Source: an uncultured Chlamydiae bacterium
GTDB lineage: Bacteria; Chlamydiota; Chlamydiia; Chlamydiales; SM23-39
Length of the DNA stretch: 64,000 bases
Direction: 5' to 3'
Assembly (NCBI GenBank): GCA_963730605.1
Contig: CAVSSM010000002.1
Coordinates: 256,001-320,000, forward strand
In this document: piece by piece, positions 1 through 9,914 of the stretch
Layout of the letters: every line of letters starts with the position of its first letter
How positions within the stretch are numbered: the stretch's first letter is position 1
Made by a program: the position numbers and the translations under genes
Notes under the pieces: model-generated
Seen by the model: the letters and a program-made list of their open reading frames with translations, nothing else
Databases searched by the model: none
Told to the model about the DNA's origin: nothing

Positions 1-672
1 ATAGGCTGTTCCCCGAGTTGTATGGTCCCCGCCATAAAAGCTAAGTCCTTTCACGGAGGTAGGCGTCCCGACTCGATATCCTGAATAGAGACGGGCTTCG
101 AAGTAATGATTTTCGCTCACTTGCCATAGTTTCGAGGAGACGAAGGCTAGCTCGGGATACCAGCAGCCATTGCCGAAGGCATCGGTTCCGAGTTTGCTTA
201 GGCTCAACTGCTGATACTTGCCGCAAGGGATCGAGGCCCCGACGATCAACTTGATGGCAACCCAAGGATCGTCGATGTCAGCAGTGAGAAGCTGGAAGTT
301 CAGATTGCAGACGAGATCCTCAAAGCCGGTGGAGCTTTTCCCTTGGGTGGTCTTATAGCTGACTATGGGGAGAGTTTGCACATCCAGCCAAGACGTTACT
401 CCTGCCCTGAAACGGGTGCGGAGATGGACGTTGTAGAACTTGGGAGCCGATTTCTTTTTCCATTCCGAATCGTAGAAACCGACATCCACAAAGGTATTGA
501 AGAAAGACTGCAAGAGAAAGTGACCCGGTTTAACTGTATATCCCGAAGGGGAAATGAGGGGACCGGTGAACCAGGGCGGATTCAGCCCTTCGAAATCAAT
601 GTTTTCGGTCTCTTCTTCGTCAGCAAGAAGCGGCAAAGAAAATAGGACAAAAAGAAGGGAGATTTTTTTCAG
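1..672 (-). CDS. Putative exported/outer-membrane protein (PWFTGPL motif), 3' end outside window
   Basis: Own translation from CTG at 672: LKKISLLFVLFSLPLLADEEETEN...PPWFTGPLISPSG..., open to the window edge, with a signal-peptide-like N-terminus. Confidence 0.6.
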   Translation of the reverse strand, partial: MKKISLLFVLFSLPLLADEEETENIDFEGLNPPWFTGPLISPSGYTVKPGHFLLQSFFNTFVDVGFYDSEWKKKSAPKFYNVHLRTRFRAGVTSWLDVQTLPIVSYKTTQGKSSTGFEDLVCNLNFQLLTADIDDPWVAIKLIVGASIPCGKYQQLSLSKLGTDAFGNGCWYPELAFVSSKLWQVSENHYFEARLYSGYRVGTPTSVKGLSFYGGDHTTRGTAY

Positions 673-674
673 TC

Positions 675-1652
675 TCAGAGCAGCTCAACCTCTCCTGTCT
701 GGAGATTGTAATAGGCGGCTTCGATATCGATTTCTTTCTTTTTGGCCAGCTTGCCCAACTTCCCAGAACGGAAGAGAAGATCCTTCATATGAAGGGCATT
801 GGCTTTGATCGCTGCTTTGAGAACCCCTGCGGGATCATGGTCTTTCGCCCCTTTAACCGCGGGGCCAATGATCAGAGCAAGGGCAGGGATCTCTTCCGTT
901 TTTCCTTGAATGACGGCTTTGATCGCCCCGCAGTTTTCATGTCCGAGAACCAAGATCAAGACCGATTTCAAGGCAAAAGTGGCGAACTCGATGCTTTCCA
1001 ACTCGAGGGGGCCGATGACGTTTCCCGCCACTCGGACAATGAAGAGATCGCCGATCCCCTGATCGAAGATGATTTCCGGAGAGACCCTCGAGTCGGAGCA
1101 TCCGACGATCACGGCAAAAGGAGTTTGCTGTGCAAGGGTCGCCTCCCTTCTCTCCGAGGTCCGGTTCGGATGCTCTAACTCATCGTTCACATACCGCTGG
1201 TTCCCTTCCAGGAGACGGCTCAAGGCCTCTTGAGGAGAGAGGTACGCCCCAAGAGCTGTGCTGGCAAATAGGATAAGACCTAGCGTTACTACCCCGCTAT
1301 TCAAACAGGTGACAAATGGCGGGCTGCGGCTCCCTTCGGGCCGATTCGCTTCGCTCATCTGCTCTGCGCTGCGAAGGTCCACTGGACCTTCTCGCGTTTC
1401 CGCAGCCATATCGATTCTCGCTCGGAAGCCTTCGTATTCAAGAATGTTCCCTCCGGACCGGTTCACTTCGTTCGCCTGCTCCGCACTCCGAAGATCCACT
1501 GGACCTTCTCCGTGTTTCCGCAGCCTCGCTCGAAGCGCTTCGCTTCGATCTGGCTTTCACACCCCTTCCGACGATGCGTCGGCGGGGACCCCGTGCGCCT
1601 CGCAGCGCCATTTGTTGCCACCTATTTGCATAGCGGGGTAGCAGGATTCTCA
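675..1652 (-). CDS. Beta-class carbonic anhydrase, signal peptide interrupted by a MITE (1290-1640)
   Basis: GCSDSRV, RVAGN and GHENCGA motifs. Removing the MITE restores TTG-RILLVTLGLILFASTALG. Confidence 0.9.
1290..1640. mobile_element. TA-flanked MITE-like palindromic element (family A)
   Basis: TA-CCCCGCTATTCAAACAGGTGACAAATGGC ... GCCATTTGTTGCCACCTATTTGCATAGCGGGG-TA; internal duplicated module; homologous to 5878-6125. Confidence 0.85.
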
Positions 1653-1806
1653 AGCTGCTCTCTTTGCTACACAGCTCCATATGTCGATTACTTATAGTAA
1701 GTAAAAATTTTTTTAAAGACATTTTACGAATTTCCGGAGCAAAAGATGGCCTTGAATTAAATCGATTCACCATCTAATATGACTCCGATTTAAGGGAAAA
1801 AAAGGA

Positions 1807-2271
1807 TTGTCTATGGCAGTTTTGATCGATGCAGTCAACAGTCAAATTGAATATTCAGTTTATGAAAATCAGTCCAAAGAGGCCAAATACAAATTGGCAT
1901 CTCAGTGTGAAGCTATAAAAAAAATTGCAATTGTCGCCGCGATCGTATCTCCCGTTTTTGCGTTTTTTCTTCCGACTGCGTTCCGCTTAGTGGCATGTCT
2001 TGCGATCGGACTCGTAGGCTACGATATTTTCAATATGGCTGACAACCTGGGCGATGCGGCTAAATTGTCTGCGGAAGGGGGAACTCCTGTAGATGGGTCT
2101 AATATGGAAATGCTTGTGGAGTCGACCCTAATAGCGAAGCCGCTCTACAAGAAAATCGCAAGCCAAGCGGACTCGCAAATGGATTTGCCGCAGGAATCAT
2201 CAAATTTAGCTCCTGTCGATGCTCAGGAAGAACAAGCTGAAGTAGAAACGAACCTAGAACCTGAATTCTAA
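1807..2271 (+). CDS. Hypothetical membrane protein with a bilobed hydrophobic segment (Inc-like)
   Basis: 154-aa ORF with two adjacent hydrophobic helices and an acidic tail. Confidence 0.6.
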   Translation: MSMAVLIDAVNSQIEYSVYENQSKEAKYKLASQCEAIKKIAIVAAIVSPVFAFFLPTAFRLVACLAIGLVGYDIFNMADNLGDAAKLSAEGGTPVDGSNMEMLVESTLIAKPLYKKIASQADSQMDLPQESSNLAPVDAQEEQAEVETNLEPEF

Positions 2272-2289
2272 GACGGTTTTATCCCTGGA

Positions 2290-2474
2290 CACGAGAAAAA
2301 CCCAGTCCTTGATGACTAGGATGAATCGTGCCTTTAAGCCTGAGGCGATTCTTGCTGTTCGACATACCGCCGACTCACAGCGAGTGGCGTGTTTCCGTAG
2401 TCTTGCCTTTGGCAATGTCCCCCTCCCCAGGGGGCTTCGCTCGCGGGACGCACTCGAAAATCCCTCGCGCATTA
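2290..2474. repeat. Degenerate palindromic element(s); possible IS200/IS605-type end plus TA-flanked MITE
   Basis: CACGA..CCCAGTC..GACTAGG..TCGTG hairpin, then TA-bounded 2335-2474 with weak TIRs and several hairpins. Confidence 0.35.
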
Positions 2475-2489
2475 AATGGCCAAAGTCCA

Positions 2490-3125
2490 GTTGAAGAAAA
2501 CCTCATCCCCAACGAGAAACTGATCCCTATCAGGAATATCCAATACGGGACAATCGGCAAAATATTAGTCCCATTTGCAGAGCCGCCTCCAAAAAGAATC
2601 TCTTTTCTCCATGATCGCATCGCCGCTTTTTTTGATACCGAATGCACCATTTTAACTCTTTATTACAAGGGCGAATCAGGGAGATTTTCCAAGGACTCAA
2701 TTTTGGACGCTTACCTCCAAGAACGCTCTATGCTCGAAGCGGGATTTGGAGAGCTATGCCCTCCCCTATCGCCCCCGTCGTACGCTCAAGACGGATCTCT
2801 CATTTCGTACGTTGGGCCTGTCGGCTATAGTTGGCCGAACGACCCCTTTGCGAAAGGCTCCTATTCTTACGTGGCCGCCGGCCAAGAAGCCCTGCTGACA
2901 GCCGCTCAAGAAGAGGAGGGAGAAACCGTAAAATCTCTTTTTGCTCCCATTGACCAAACGCTCTTTTTTGCAGGAGAACATGCCTCTATTTTAATGGACG
3001 TAGGTGGGACGATGGAGGCCGCTTGCGAATCGGGAGAGAGAACCGCTCGCATGATTGAGAAAGTTCTACGTTCGTTTGCATCCATGTCATTCTTCCCATC
3101 AGCCATCTCCAGAACCCGATTCTAA
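2490..3125 (+). pseudogene. C-terminal fragment of a flavin monoamine oxidase-family protein
   Basis: WPNDPFAKGSYS, LFFAGEHAS and GTMEAACESGERTA motifs; N-terminal FAD-binding GxGxxG absent. Confidence 0.75.
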
Positions 3126-4610
3126 CCTTTTGGAAGTGGGTTTCAAGATCAAAATCAAGCAAAGGAGGACAAAAAGTCCCGCTAATATCCATCCCATGAG
3201 ATAAAAAACATCATCGAGTGCAAGCGATGCAGAGCGCCGATCGAGAAAATGATTTAGCTCGGCCAAAGGATCTCCCGGGACGTGGAGCGTTTCGACCTTT
3301 TTAAAAAAAACCTGCGTCGGGATCGATGTCCAGTTGAGCTTCTCACCGAGCCTTTCATGATAAAAGACCGATCTTCTTTGCCACGCGATCGTAAAACCTG
3401 CGGCCCCAAGGGAAGAAGCGACACTCCGAAGGCACTGGAAAATATTGAAGCCGTCAATCCAACGTTGAAGCTCGCAGCGCTCCGAGAGCATTTTAAAAAT
3501 CGGAGGCAAAAATAGAGCAATGCCAAACCCTGCGAGGATCCTTGAAAAGGCGATGCGGCCAAAATTAATTTCGGCGTCGAACAGGGTCGTGTAAAAGCAT
3601 GAGATCCCTAATAGAAAAGTTGCCAGAGCAATGAAAATCAAAGGATCGATCTTGCCCAGCCTCTCTTGAATGATGAAGCGGGGAAAAAGCCCTGCAATTC
3701 CCATCGTCCCAAGCAAGACCCCGATCCAAATGGGAGTGAACTCGACATCGAAGGTCAGCCAAATCGAGAGCAAAACAATGATCCCAAAATAGACGGCAAA
3801 AAGAAGAGTGAGGCAAACCATCGCAATGGCAAATACCGGGTCCCCAAAAAGACGGAGATCGACCGAGGGCGCCTCATGGTAGAAACTTCTAACCAGAAAA
3901 TAGCCAAAGCAAGGAAGGCCTATCAAGACGGAGGCCACGAGAATGGGAGAGCGGACCCAATCAAGCTGCTGGGCCGTGGTCAGAGCAAAAGCTAGGAATG
4001 AGATCCCAACCGCATAAAAACTCCAACCCACCCAATCAAACCCAAGGGAGAGTGGCGGGATTTCGACCTCTTTGAAATAGACGAATAGGGCCAGCGCCAA
4101 AAGGGATGCAATTAGGGCATTGCCCAAAAACGGGGCGCGCCAATGAGAGAGATAGGCGACCGTTCCGCCATAGGCGGCTCCAATGACAGGAACGACAACG
4201 AAGATCGTAATGAAGATCCAAGAGAAAACGACTTTTTTATCTTCAGGAACCAAGCAAGAAAAAGTATGGGACAAAAGGGCATAAAAGGGGCCAGATGCTA
4301 GCCCCATCAAAAACCGGCCTGATATAAAGAGGAAATAGGTGGGAGCAAGGCCAGTGAAAAGAGCGGTTAATGAAAACGCCATCATACAATAGACAAACAA
4401 ATTGGGGATGTTGAAACGGGCGCCAAGAGGTTTGGCCAAAGGGATCGTAACGGCAGCTCCAAAGCCGTAGAAGGCAAGGCCGTACACGGTGACGTACCGG
4501 TCGCCGCCAAGATCTCCCACAATGTACGGCGAGGCCAATGCTGTGATGGTAAAACTTTGGACAATCATAAAGAGAGAGGCATAAAGGGAGACGATGAGGG
4601 AGCGAGTCAA
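3099..4610 (-). CDS. emrB: EmrB/QacA-like DHA2 MFS efflux subunit
   Basis: About 14 TM segments, downstream of an EmrA-like gene. Confidence 0.85.
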   Translation of the reverse strand: MTRSLIVSLYASLFMIVQSFTITALASPYIVGDLGGDRYVTVYGLAFYGFGAAVTIPLAKPLGARFNIPNLFVYCMMAFSLTALFTGLAPTYFLFISGRFLMGLASGPFYALLSHTFSCLVPEDKKVVFSWIFITIFVVVPVIGAAYGGTVAYLSHWRAPFLGNALIASLLALALFVYFKEVEIPPLSLGFDWVGWSFYAVGISFLAFALTTAQQLDWVRSPILVASVLIGLPCFGYFLVRSFYHEAPSVDLRLFGDPVFAIAMVCLTLLFAVYFGIIVLLSIWLTFDVEFTPIWIGVLLGTMGIAGLFPRFIIQERLGKIDPLIFIALATFLLGISCFYTTLFDAEINFGRIAFSRILAGFGIALFLPPIFKMLSERCELQRWIDGFNIFQCLRSVASSLGAAGFTIAWQRRSVFYHERLGEKLNWTSIPTQVFFKKVETLHVPGDPLAELNHFLDRRSASLALDDVFYLMGWILAGLFVLLCLILILKPTSKRLESGSGDG

Positions 4611-5866
4611 TCGGAGTCCTTTGGCATTGGAGGCGCTAAGAGATTTGCGCTGTTTTGCGAAAGAGCTTCTTGAATCAGCGATGGGATGGTCATGTGGATT
4701 TGGGGAAGGGAGAGCGCCTCCACACTATATTTGAGTAAGTTCGGATCGAGGTTTGCTGAGATGATCTCCTCGATGCACGCCTTGTCCCCTTCCTCTTCAT
4801 CTCGATAAATCCTCGTGCTATAGGTCGGCGAGCCTTTTCCGGTGGTCGGCAGGTAGGAGCCCCCAGTCGTTAGATCGACGGTCACTTCGGAAGAAAGGCC
4901 GAGGCGCAAGGGATGGCTTTTGAGCTCTTCGGAATCGAGTTCGATCCTGACAGGAAGGCGCTGTACGATCTTAATCCAGTTTCCGGAGAGGTTTTGGGGC
5001 GGCAATAAACTTGTGACGTTGCCTGCGACAGCTGGAAGGCCGACGATTTTTCCATGGAAAACGACCCCTTTCCCATAAAGGTCTACAGTGATTTTCGCCC
5101 TTTGGCCGATCCGCATCCGTTTCATTTGCGTTTCTTTAAAATTGGCGTTGATCCAGATCTGGTCCATGGGTACGACGCTCATGAGAGGAGTCCCTTCCTT
5201 GATCCACATCCCTACTTGGATCGCCCTTTGGGCAGCGATTCCCTCTGTGGGCGCAAAGAGGCTGCAGCGTCGTAAGTAGACCCATGCGTCGCGGAATCGA
5301 TCTGCAGCCCCTTTGACGAGCGGATGGCTCCGGATCGAGGTGTTTTGGACAAGAGACAGGGCTTTTTCGTAGAGGGAGCGGAACTTTTGCAGCTCATGAA
5401 AGCTCTTCCGCAAAGCCGCAACGGCGTGCTCATACTCCTCGAGAGATACGGCTTGGGCCGTAAGAACGCGGAGCCGATGCTCGAAATCCTGGGCATCGCG
5501 GATGAACTTCGCTTTTATAGCTTCGATCTGGGACCTATAGGCAAACACCTCGTGGAACATCTCGCAGGCCCTTCTTACCGTTTGAGCCAAGTCTTCTTTT
5601 GCTCGATCGAAGGCAATGAGGGCATCGGTCCGGTCCAGTTCGACAAGGACCTGGTTTTCCTTGACAAGGTAGGTATCGTCGGTATGGATTGCCGTAACGA
5701 ATCCGGAATGCAAAGGAGTGAGATATACCTGGTTTCCCTCCACATAAGCGTCATCGGTCCAAGCGACCCCTTTCCAAAAAATCAGCCAATATAAAAATCC
5801 CAAAAGACCCACTGCGAGGCAAATGGTCCAAAAATAGAGGGAAGCTTTCCTCCTTTTTTCCATCAT
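4607..5866 (-). CDS. emrA: EmrA-like membrane fusion protein
   Basis: TDDAYV, ANFKETQ and LLPPQNLSGNWIKIVQRLPVRI motifs. Confidence 0.9.
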   Translation of the reverse strand: MMEKRRKASLYFWTICLAVGLLGFLYWLIFWKGVAWTDDAYVEGNQVYLTPLHSGFVTAIHTDDTYLVKENQVLVELDRTDALIAFDRAKEDLAQTVRRACEMFHEVFAYRSQIEAIKAKFIRDAQDFEHRLRVLTAQAVSLEEYEHAVAALRKSFHELQKFRSLYEKALSLVQNTSIRSHPLVKGAADRFRDAWVYLRRCSLFAPTEGIAAQRAIQVGMWIKEGTPLMSVVPMDQIWINANFKETQMKRMRIGQRAKITVDLYGKGVVFHGKIVGLPAVAGNVTSLLPPQNLSGNWIKIVQRLPVRIELDSEELKSHPLRLGLSSEVTVDLTTGGSYLPTTGKGSPTYSTRIYRDEEEGDKACIEEIISANLDPNLLKYSVEALSLPQIHMTIPSLIQEALSQNSANLLAPPMPKDSD

Positions 5867-5877
5867 TGCCGTCCTAT

Positions 5878-6125
5878 TAAGCCGAGAGGGAAATAGGTGC
5901 CAACAAATGGGTTAGCGAGGCAAAGAAAAATTGAAGCGGGCTTACCCGCGTTCTTCGCGAGGCTGCGGAAACACGGAGAAGGTCCAGTGGACCTTCGGAG
6001 TGCGGAGCAGGTGAACGAAGTGAACGGGCCCGGAGGGAACATTCTTGAATAAGAAGGACTCCGAGCGAAGATCGATTTTTCAAAGCCGCAGCAAGCCATT
6101 TGTCACCTGTTGAACTCGTGGGTTA
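5878..6125. mobile_element. TA-flanked MITE-like element (family A)
   Basis: Imperfect TIRs (AAATAGGTGCCAACAAATGG / CCATTTGTCACCTGTT); shares about 110 bp with 1290-1640. Confidence 0.8.
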
Positions 6126-7542
6126 ATAAATACCCTCCGCCCACCGCTTTGACTAAGGCGATCGCCGCTGCATATCGGCTATAGGCAAGGTCGAGGTCCT
6201 CGAGCTCTTTTTGCAAAAGTTCTTCTTTTTGCTCTAGGGTATTCAATGCATTATCGAGCCCGTATTTCAAGCGAAGCTCGGAAAGAAAGAGACGCTCGGA
6301 CGCCTGTTTTACGATCGATTCTTGGGCGTCCTTATTGGCAAAAACGGCCCGGGCATTGGCGAGGGTGTCCACTACTTCGCTCGCGCTTTTCAAAACCAAG
6401 TCATTGTAAGCGAAAACAGCGGATTGGAATTCCGCCCGTTTTGCATCAAGGATTGCCTGAATGTCCCCTGCCGTATAAACCGGAAGGGAGAGAGAGGGCG
6501 AGAAGAGATTCTCAAAGCTCGATCCATTGAAGAGCAGATTGTAAATCGTGCTGCTTAAGCCCACGATATTGGCCAGGTTGATGCTCGGGAAAAAATTCGC
6601 CCGCGCCGCTCCCACTTCATGGGCCAGCGCTTCAACTCTCCAGATTTGGGCCATGAGATCGGGCCTCCTCACAAGGAGATCGATGGAAAGATTTTCCGGA
6701 ATAGTCAATATCGGGGCGATGAGAGGAAGATCTGCCTCCACAAAAAGGGGCTCGTCGGGGCCTCTTCCGGCTAAAATATTGATGAGATGCCGGTCGATCG
6801 CTACCTCTTCGGCGATCGAGTTCATCCATTGACTCGCTTCTTCGGCCCTTTCATTGGCAAGAAGCACAATCCTTGCGTCATCGAGCGCCTCATCGAGAAG
6901 AAGCTGCCTGAGCAGCGCGAGTTTCTTTCTCACCTCATAAAGCTCTCGGTAAATTTTCTCCTTAACGAGATTCGTTTTCAGGGCAAAATAGGTCCTGGCC
7001 AAAGAAGTGGCGGCGATAAGCTCGGCTTGGGCAAGTTCTGCCCTTTGAGATTGCTCAAGGCTTAAGTAGGCCCTGAAAAGATTGCGGTATTTGTCCCAGA
7101 AGTCAAATTCGTAGCTAAAGGACAAGGTCAGATCGATGATTTTGGCAAAATGGGGAAAGGAGGGATTGTAGGCGCGCTGGAGCCCTTGCTTGCTGACGAA
7201 ATCCCAATCTCCATCCGCATCAAAGTTGACCAAAGGATAGAGTTTCGATGCTGCGCTAGTTGCCCTCTCTTTTGCCTGCTCGATCTTGAAGCGGACATTT
7301 TGTATCGATGGGTTTTGGGCAATAGCGAGCGCAATCAGTTCATTTAATTCGCTTAACCCAAACTCCTCCCACCAAGCCACTTTCGGCCAACCTCCTTGAG
7401 AAAAAAAAGGCGTTTCCAAACTTTGGCTCACCGACCTCTCCAGGCTCGGCTCTGCAATGAGGTTTTTTCTCTGCTCTTCTTCAGACATCCGAAGGCACGC
7501 AGAGAGAACGAATAAGATGAGAATAGAATTTTTTCTCAGCAA
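6103..7542 (-). CDS. NodT/TolC-family outer-membrane efflux factor
   Basis: WWEEF..LNELI, RRPDL, ANFFPSI and LVKAVGGGY motifs; in an operon with emrAB. Confidence 0.9.
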   Translation of the reverse strand: MLRKNSILILFVLSACLRMSEEEQRKNLIAEPSLERSVSQSLETPFFSQGGWPKVAWWEEFGLSELNELIALAIAQNPSIQNVRFKIEQAKERATSAASKLYPLVNFDADGDWDFVSKQGLQRAYNPSFPHFAKIIDLTLSFSYEFDFWDKYRNLFRAYLSLEQSQRAELAQAELIAATSLARTYFALKTNLVKEKIYRELYEVRKKLALLRQLLLDEALDDARIVLLANERAEEASQWMNSIAEEVAIDRHLINILAGRGPDEPLFVEADLPLIAPILTIPENLSIDLLVRRPDLMAQIWRVEALAHEVGAARANFFPSINLANIVGLSSTIYNLLFNGSSFENLFSPSLSLPVYTAGDIQAILDAKRAEFQSAVFAYNDLVLKSASEVVDTLANARAVFANKDAQESIVKQASERLFLSELRLKYGLDNALNTLEQKEELLQKELEDLDLAYSRYAAAIALVKAVGGGYLLTHEFNR

Positions 7543-7595
7543 AGGGGGAACCTATCCTCTCGAAAGGGATCTTCCCTCTCGATAAGATATTTTTT

Positions 7596-7859
7596 TTATC
7601 CCTTCAAGAGCGGAAGCAAAATAGCGATTCCGAGATTGATCAAAACGATGGATGTGATCGCGACGTAGAGCTTATTTTTTTGGTTGGCGAAGAGAATGAT
7701 GGAAAGAGCGACCCGAATGACTGGTATGCACAAGAGCACAAAAACCCCAAAAGAAGCCCAGGAGCCCTGGGGAAAAATGAGGCCCATGAGAAAAAGGGCG
7801 GCGCTGGCCAGGACACCGATTCTCAAAGTAAGTGCAAGGATCGTATTAAAATGTTTCAT
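7596..7859 (-). CDS. DUF1634-like small membrane protein
   Basis: LRIGV...LLCIPVIRV pattern; typical partner of TauE/SafE. Confidence 0.75.
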   Translation of the reverse strand: MKHFNTILALTLRIGVLASAALFLMGLIFPQGSWASFGVFVLLCIPVIRVALSIILFANQKNKLYVAITSIVLINLGIAILLPLLKG

Positions 7860-8688
7860 AGCCTCTCAAAATCATCTCGATGGCGAGAAGGAAAATAATA
7901 AAAATAAAAAATAACCTTAAGGTCAGATGATGGAGATGCGAGAGGAGCCTGGTTCCGAGAAAGGAACCGAGGAGGATGCCGACCACGGTGGGGGCGACGA
8001 TCGCCGGTTTTATATACCCTGCGGCAAAATAGGTGCCAGAGCCAGCTGCGGCTGTGACGCCGATCATGAAGTTACTCGTAGCGGTGCTGACTTTGAAGGG
8101 AAGACGCATCGCCCAATCCATTCCAATCACTTTTAGGGCTCCCGAGCCGATTCCAAGGAGTCCGGAAATGATGCCAGCCGCCAGCATAATGAGCTCGCCC
8201 ATCCACCACCGGACGCCTGCGTAATGAATGTGTTTTTTGAGGGCCGGATCAAAATAGCTTCCTTCCAATTGGAAGATGCGGGTGGTTTTATCTGGATCTA
8301 GTTTCGCGAGGTTTTTTCTAAAAATGGCCGCTAGGCCCGGGATGATGGAAAAGAAAAGGATGACGCCAAAGAAGATAAACATGAGACCGCGAAGATTTTG
8401 CGAATAGAGGATTGTCGCAAGGATCGCGCCTAAGATAGCGCCGATCGTCGTTGCAATTTCCAGCGATATACCGATTTTCACATTGGTTAAGCGATCCTTG
8501 ATGTAAGCGCTCGCGGCTCCGCTAGATGTTGCGATGGTGGCGACAAGGCTCGCTCCCGCGGCGTATTCAATGGGAATTTCAAAAAGGAGGGTAAGCGTTG
8601 GAATGACAATAATCCCACCCCCCAGCCCGCTTAGACTCCCAATGAAACCAGCCGCGACACCCATGAGAATGAGATAGACGTCGGTCAT
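7846..8688 (-). CDS. TauE/SafE sulfite exporter family protein
   Basis: GLGGGIIVIP, SGLLGIGSG and STATSNFMIG motifs. Confidence 0.9.
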   Translation of the reverse strand: MTDVYLILMGVAAGFIGSLSGLGGGIIVIPTLTLLFEIPIEYAAGASLVATIATSSGAASAYIKDRLTNVKIGISLEIATTIGAILGAILATILYSQNLRGLMFIFFGVILFFSIIPGLAAIFRKNLAKLDPDKTTRIFQLEGSYFDPALKKHIHYAGVRWWMGELIMLAAGIISGLLGIGSGALKVIGMDWAMRLPFKVSTATSNFMIGVTAAAGSGTYFAAGYIKPAIVAPTVVGILLGSFLGTRLLSHLHHLTLRLFFIFIIFLLAIEMILRGYETF

Positions 8689-8725
8689 ATCCTCATTGTA
8701 GGCAGAGATCCATTAATCACTACTT

Positions 8726-9625
8726 CTATTTCCTCCAAGAAAGCGGAAGAAACCCATGATTCTCGAGAAATGCGGTGACCGCCTGAAAACGATTCTCTAC
8801 AGTGGCATCGTCAATGGATCCAAACCAAATACCCCACTTGTCATCGGTGGAGGAAATGGCTTGATAGCTTCTTAAAGATAGGACGTAGGAAGAGGAATCG
8901 TTCAATGTAATCAGATAGGTAGCTCCAACCAGCTCTTGTGGGATTGCGTCGCAATTTAGCTCAACTGCATGTAAATGATCAGGATGGCTTTGCACTAAGC
9001 CATCTAAAATTGCGAGCTGCTCACTCGAGCGGAGACCGCGCCCCTTTTTTGGGTATACTGTATAGAGAAAGCCTCCCTCTTGAAGGTAGTCTCGAATGAT
9101 CTCGGGCCGTTTTTTGACTGTAAGCAATCGTTCTGGATCGTTCTGGATGGCAGAGTCTATAAGGCCTAGGGATATCTCTTCATTCATACAAAGAGGCGTG
9201 GCTGGGGCAGGAGTATGAATGATGCATGTGCATCCAGCAATTTGTTTCGTTTTAAGCCAATAGACAATCGCTCGCTCAAAATCGGCTTGCGCGTTCACAA
9301 AGATGGGCCGCTCATCCGCGTCAGTTCCTTCGCGAATCATCACTGAAGTGACGCTTAAGGTACTGAGCATCTCGCAAATAGATTCTTGAAAGGGGCTGTT
9401 TGCTGCCCGGGTAAATGTCTTGACGCCTTCTATGAACAACGGTGAAGCGATCTGGGTTGGAATCGGGTGTGATGCGGCCATCCGAGGCATAGCCGATAAA
9501 ATGACGAAAATCCCCCATTTTATGAGCCCCAAAAAGGGTTTATAGCCCGCCAAAGAGCCGCTGCTCGGCTGCCCTCCCCTGCTGTCCGCCTTGGGGCTTT
9601 TGTCCGGTCCTATAGATACATGCAT
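8726..9625 (-). CDS. Hypothetical protein
   Basis: Long ORF with an AGGAG RBS before ATG 9625. Confidence 0.65.
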   Translation of the reverse strand: MHVSIGPDKSPKADSRGGQPSSGSLAGYKPFLGLIKWGIFVILSAMPRMAASHPIPTQIASPLFIEGVKTFTRAANSPFQESICEMLSTLSVTSVMIREGTDADERPIFVNAQADFERAIVYWLKTKQIAGCTCIIHTPAPATPLCMNEEISLGLIDSAIQNDPERLLTVKKRPEIIRDYLQEGGFLYTVYPKKGRGLRSSEQLAILDGLVQSHPDHLHAVELNCDAIPQELVGATYLITLNDSSSYVLSLRSYQAISSTDDKWGIWFGSIDDATVENRFQAVTAFLENHGFLPLSWRK

Positions 9626-9914
9626 ATGATCTCTCCTCTTGGAGGGGCGGTTATAACAGCTGCGAGAGTAAATGTGAAGCAATTTTTTAGACCCTTTTGG
9701 GTTGTAACAATCAGGTAGTTAGGGTTATGCTGTCTCTCAACGTCAGAGTCGAACAAGATTTCTTCCCCCGTATTATTGGAAATGTTATGAATACTAACCT
9801 GAGTTTTGGGTTCATTTTTCTATGAGATTCAAGGATATTTCGAGCATATTTTTGCGCTTTGGAGCCGAGAGCAATATCGGGACGAGCATCTTGCCGAGGC
9901 GAAAAGTCAAAAAG

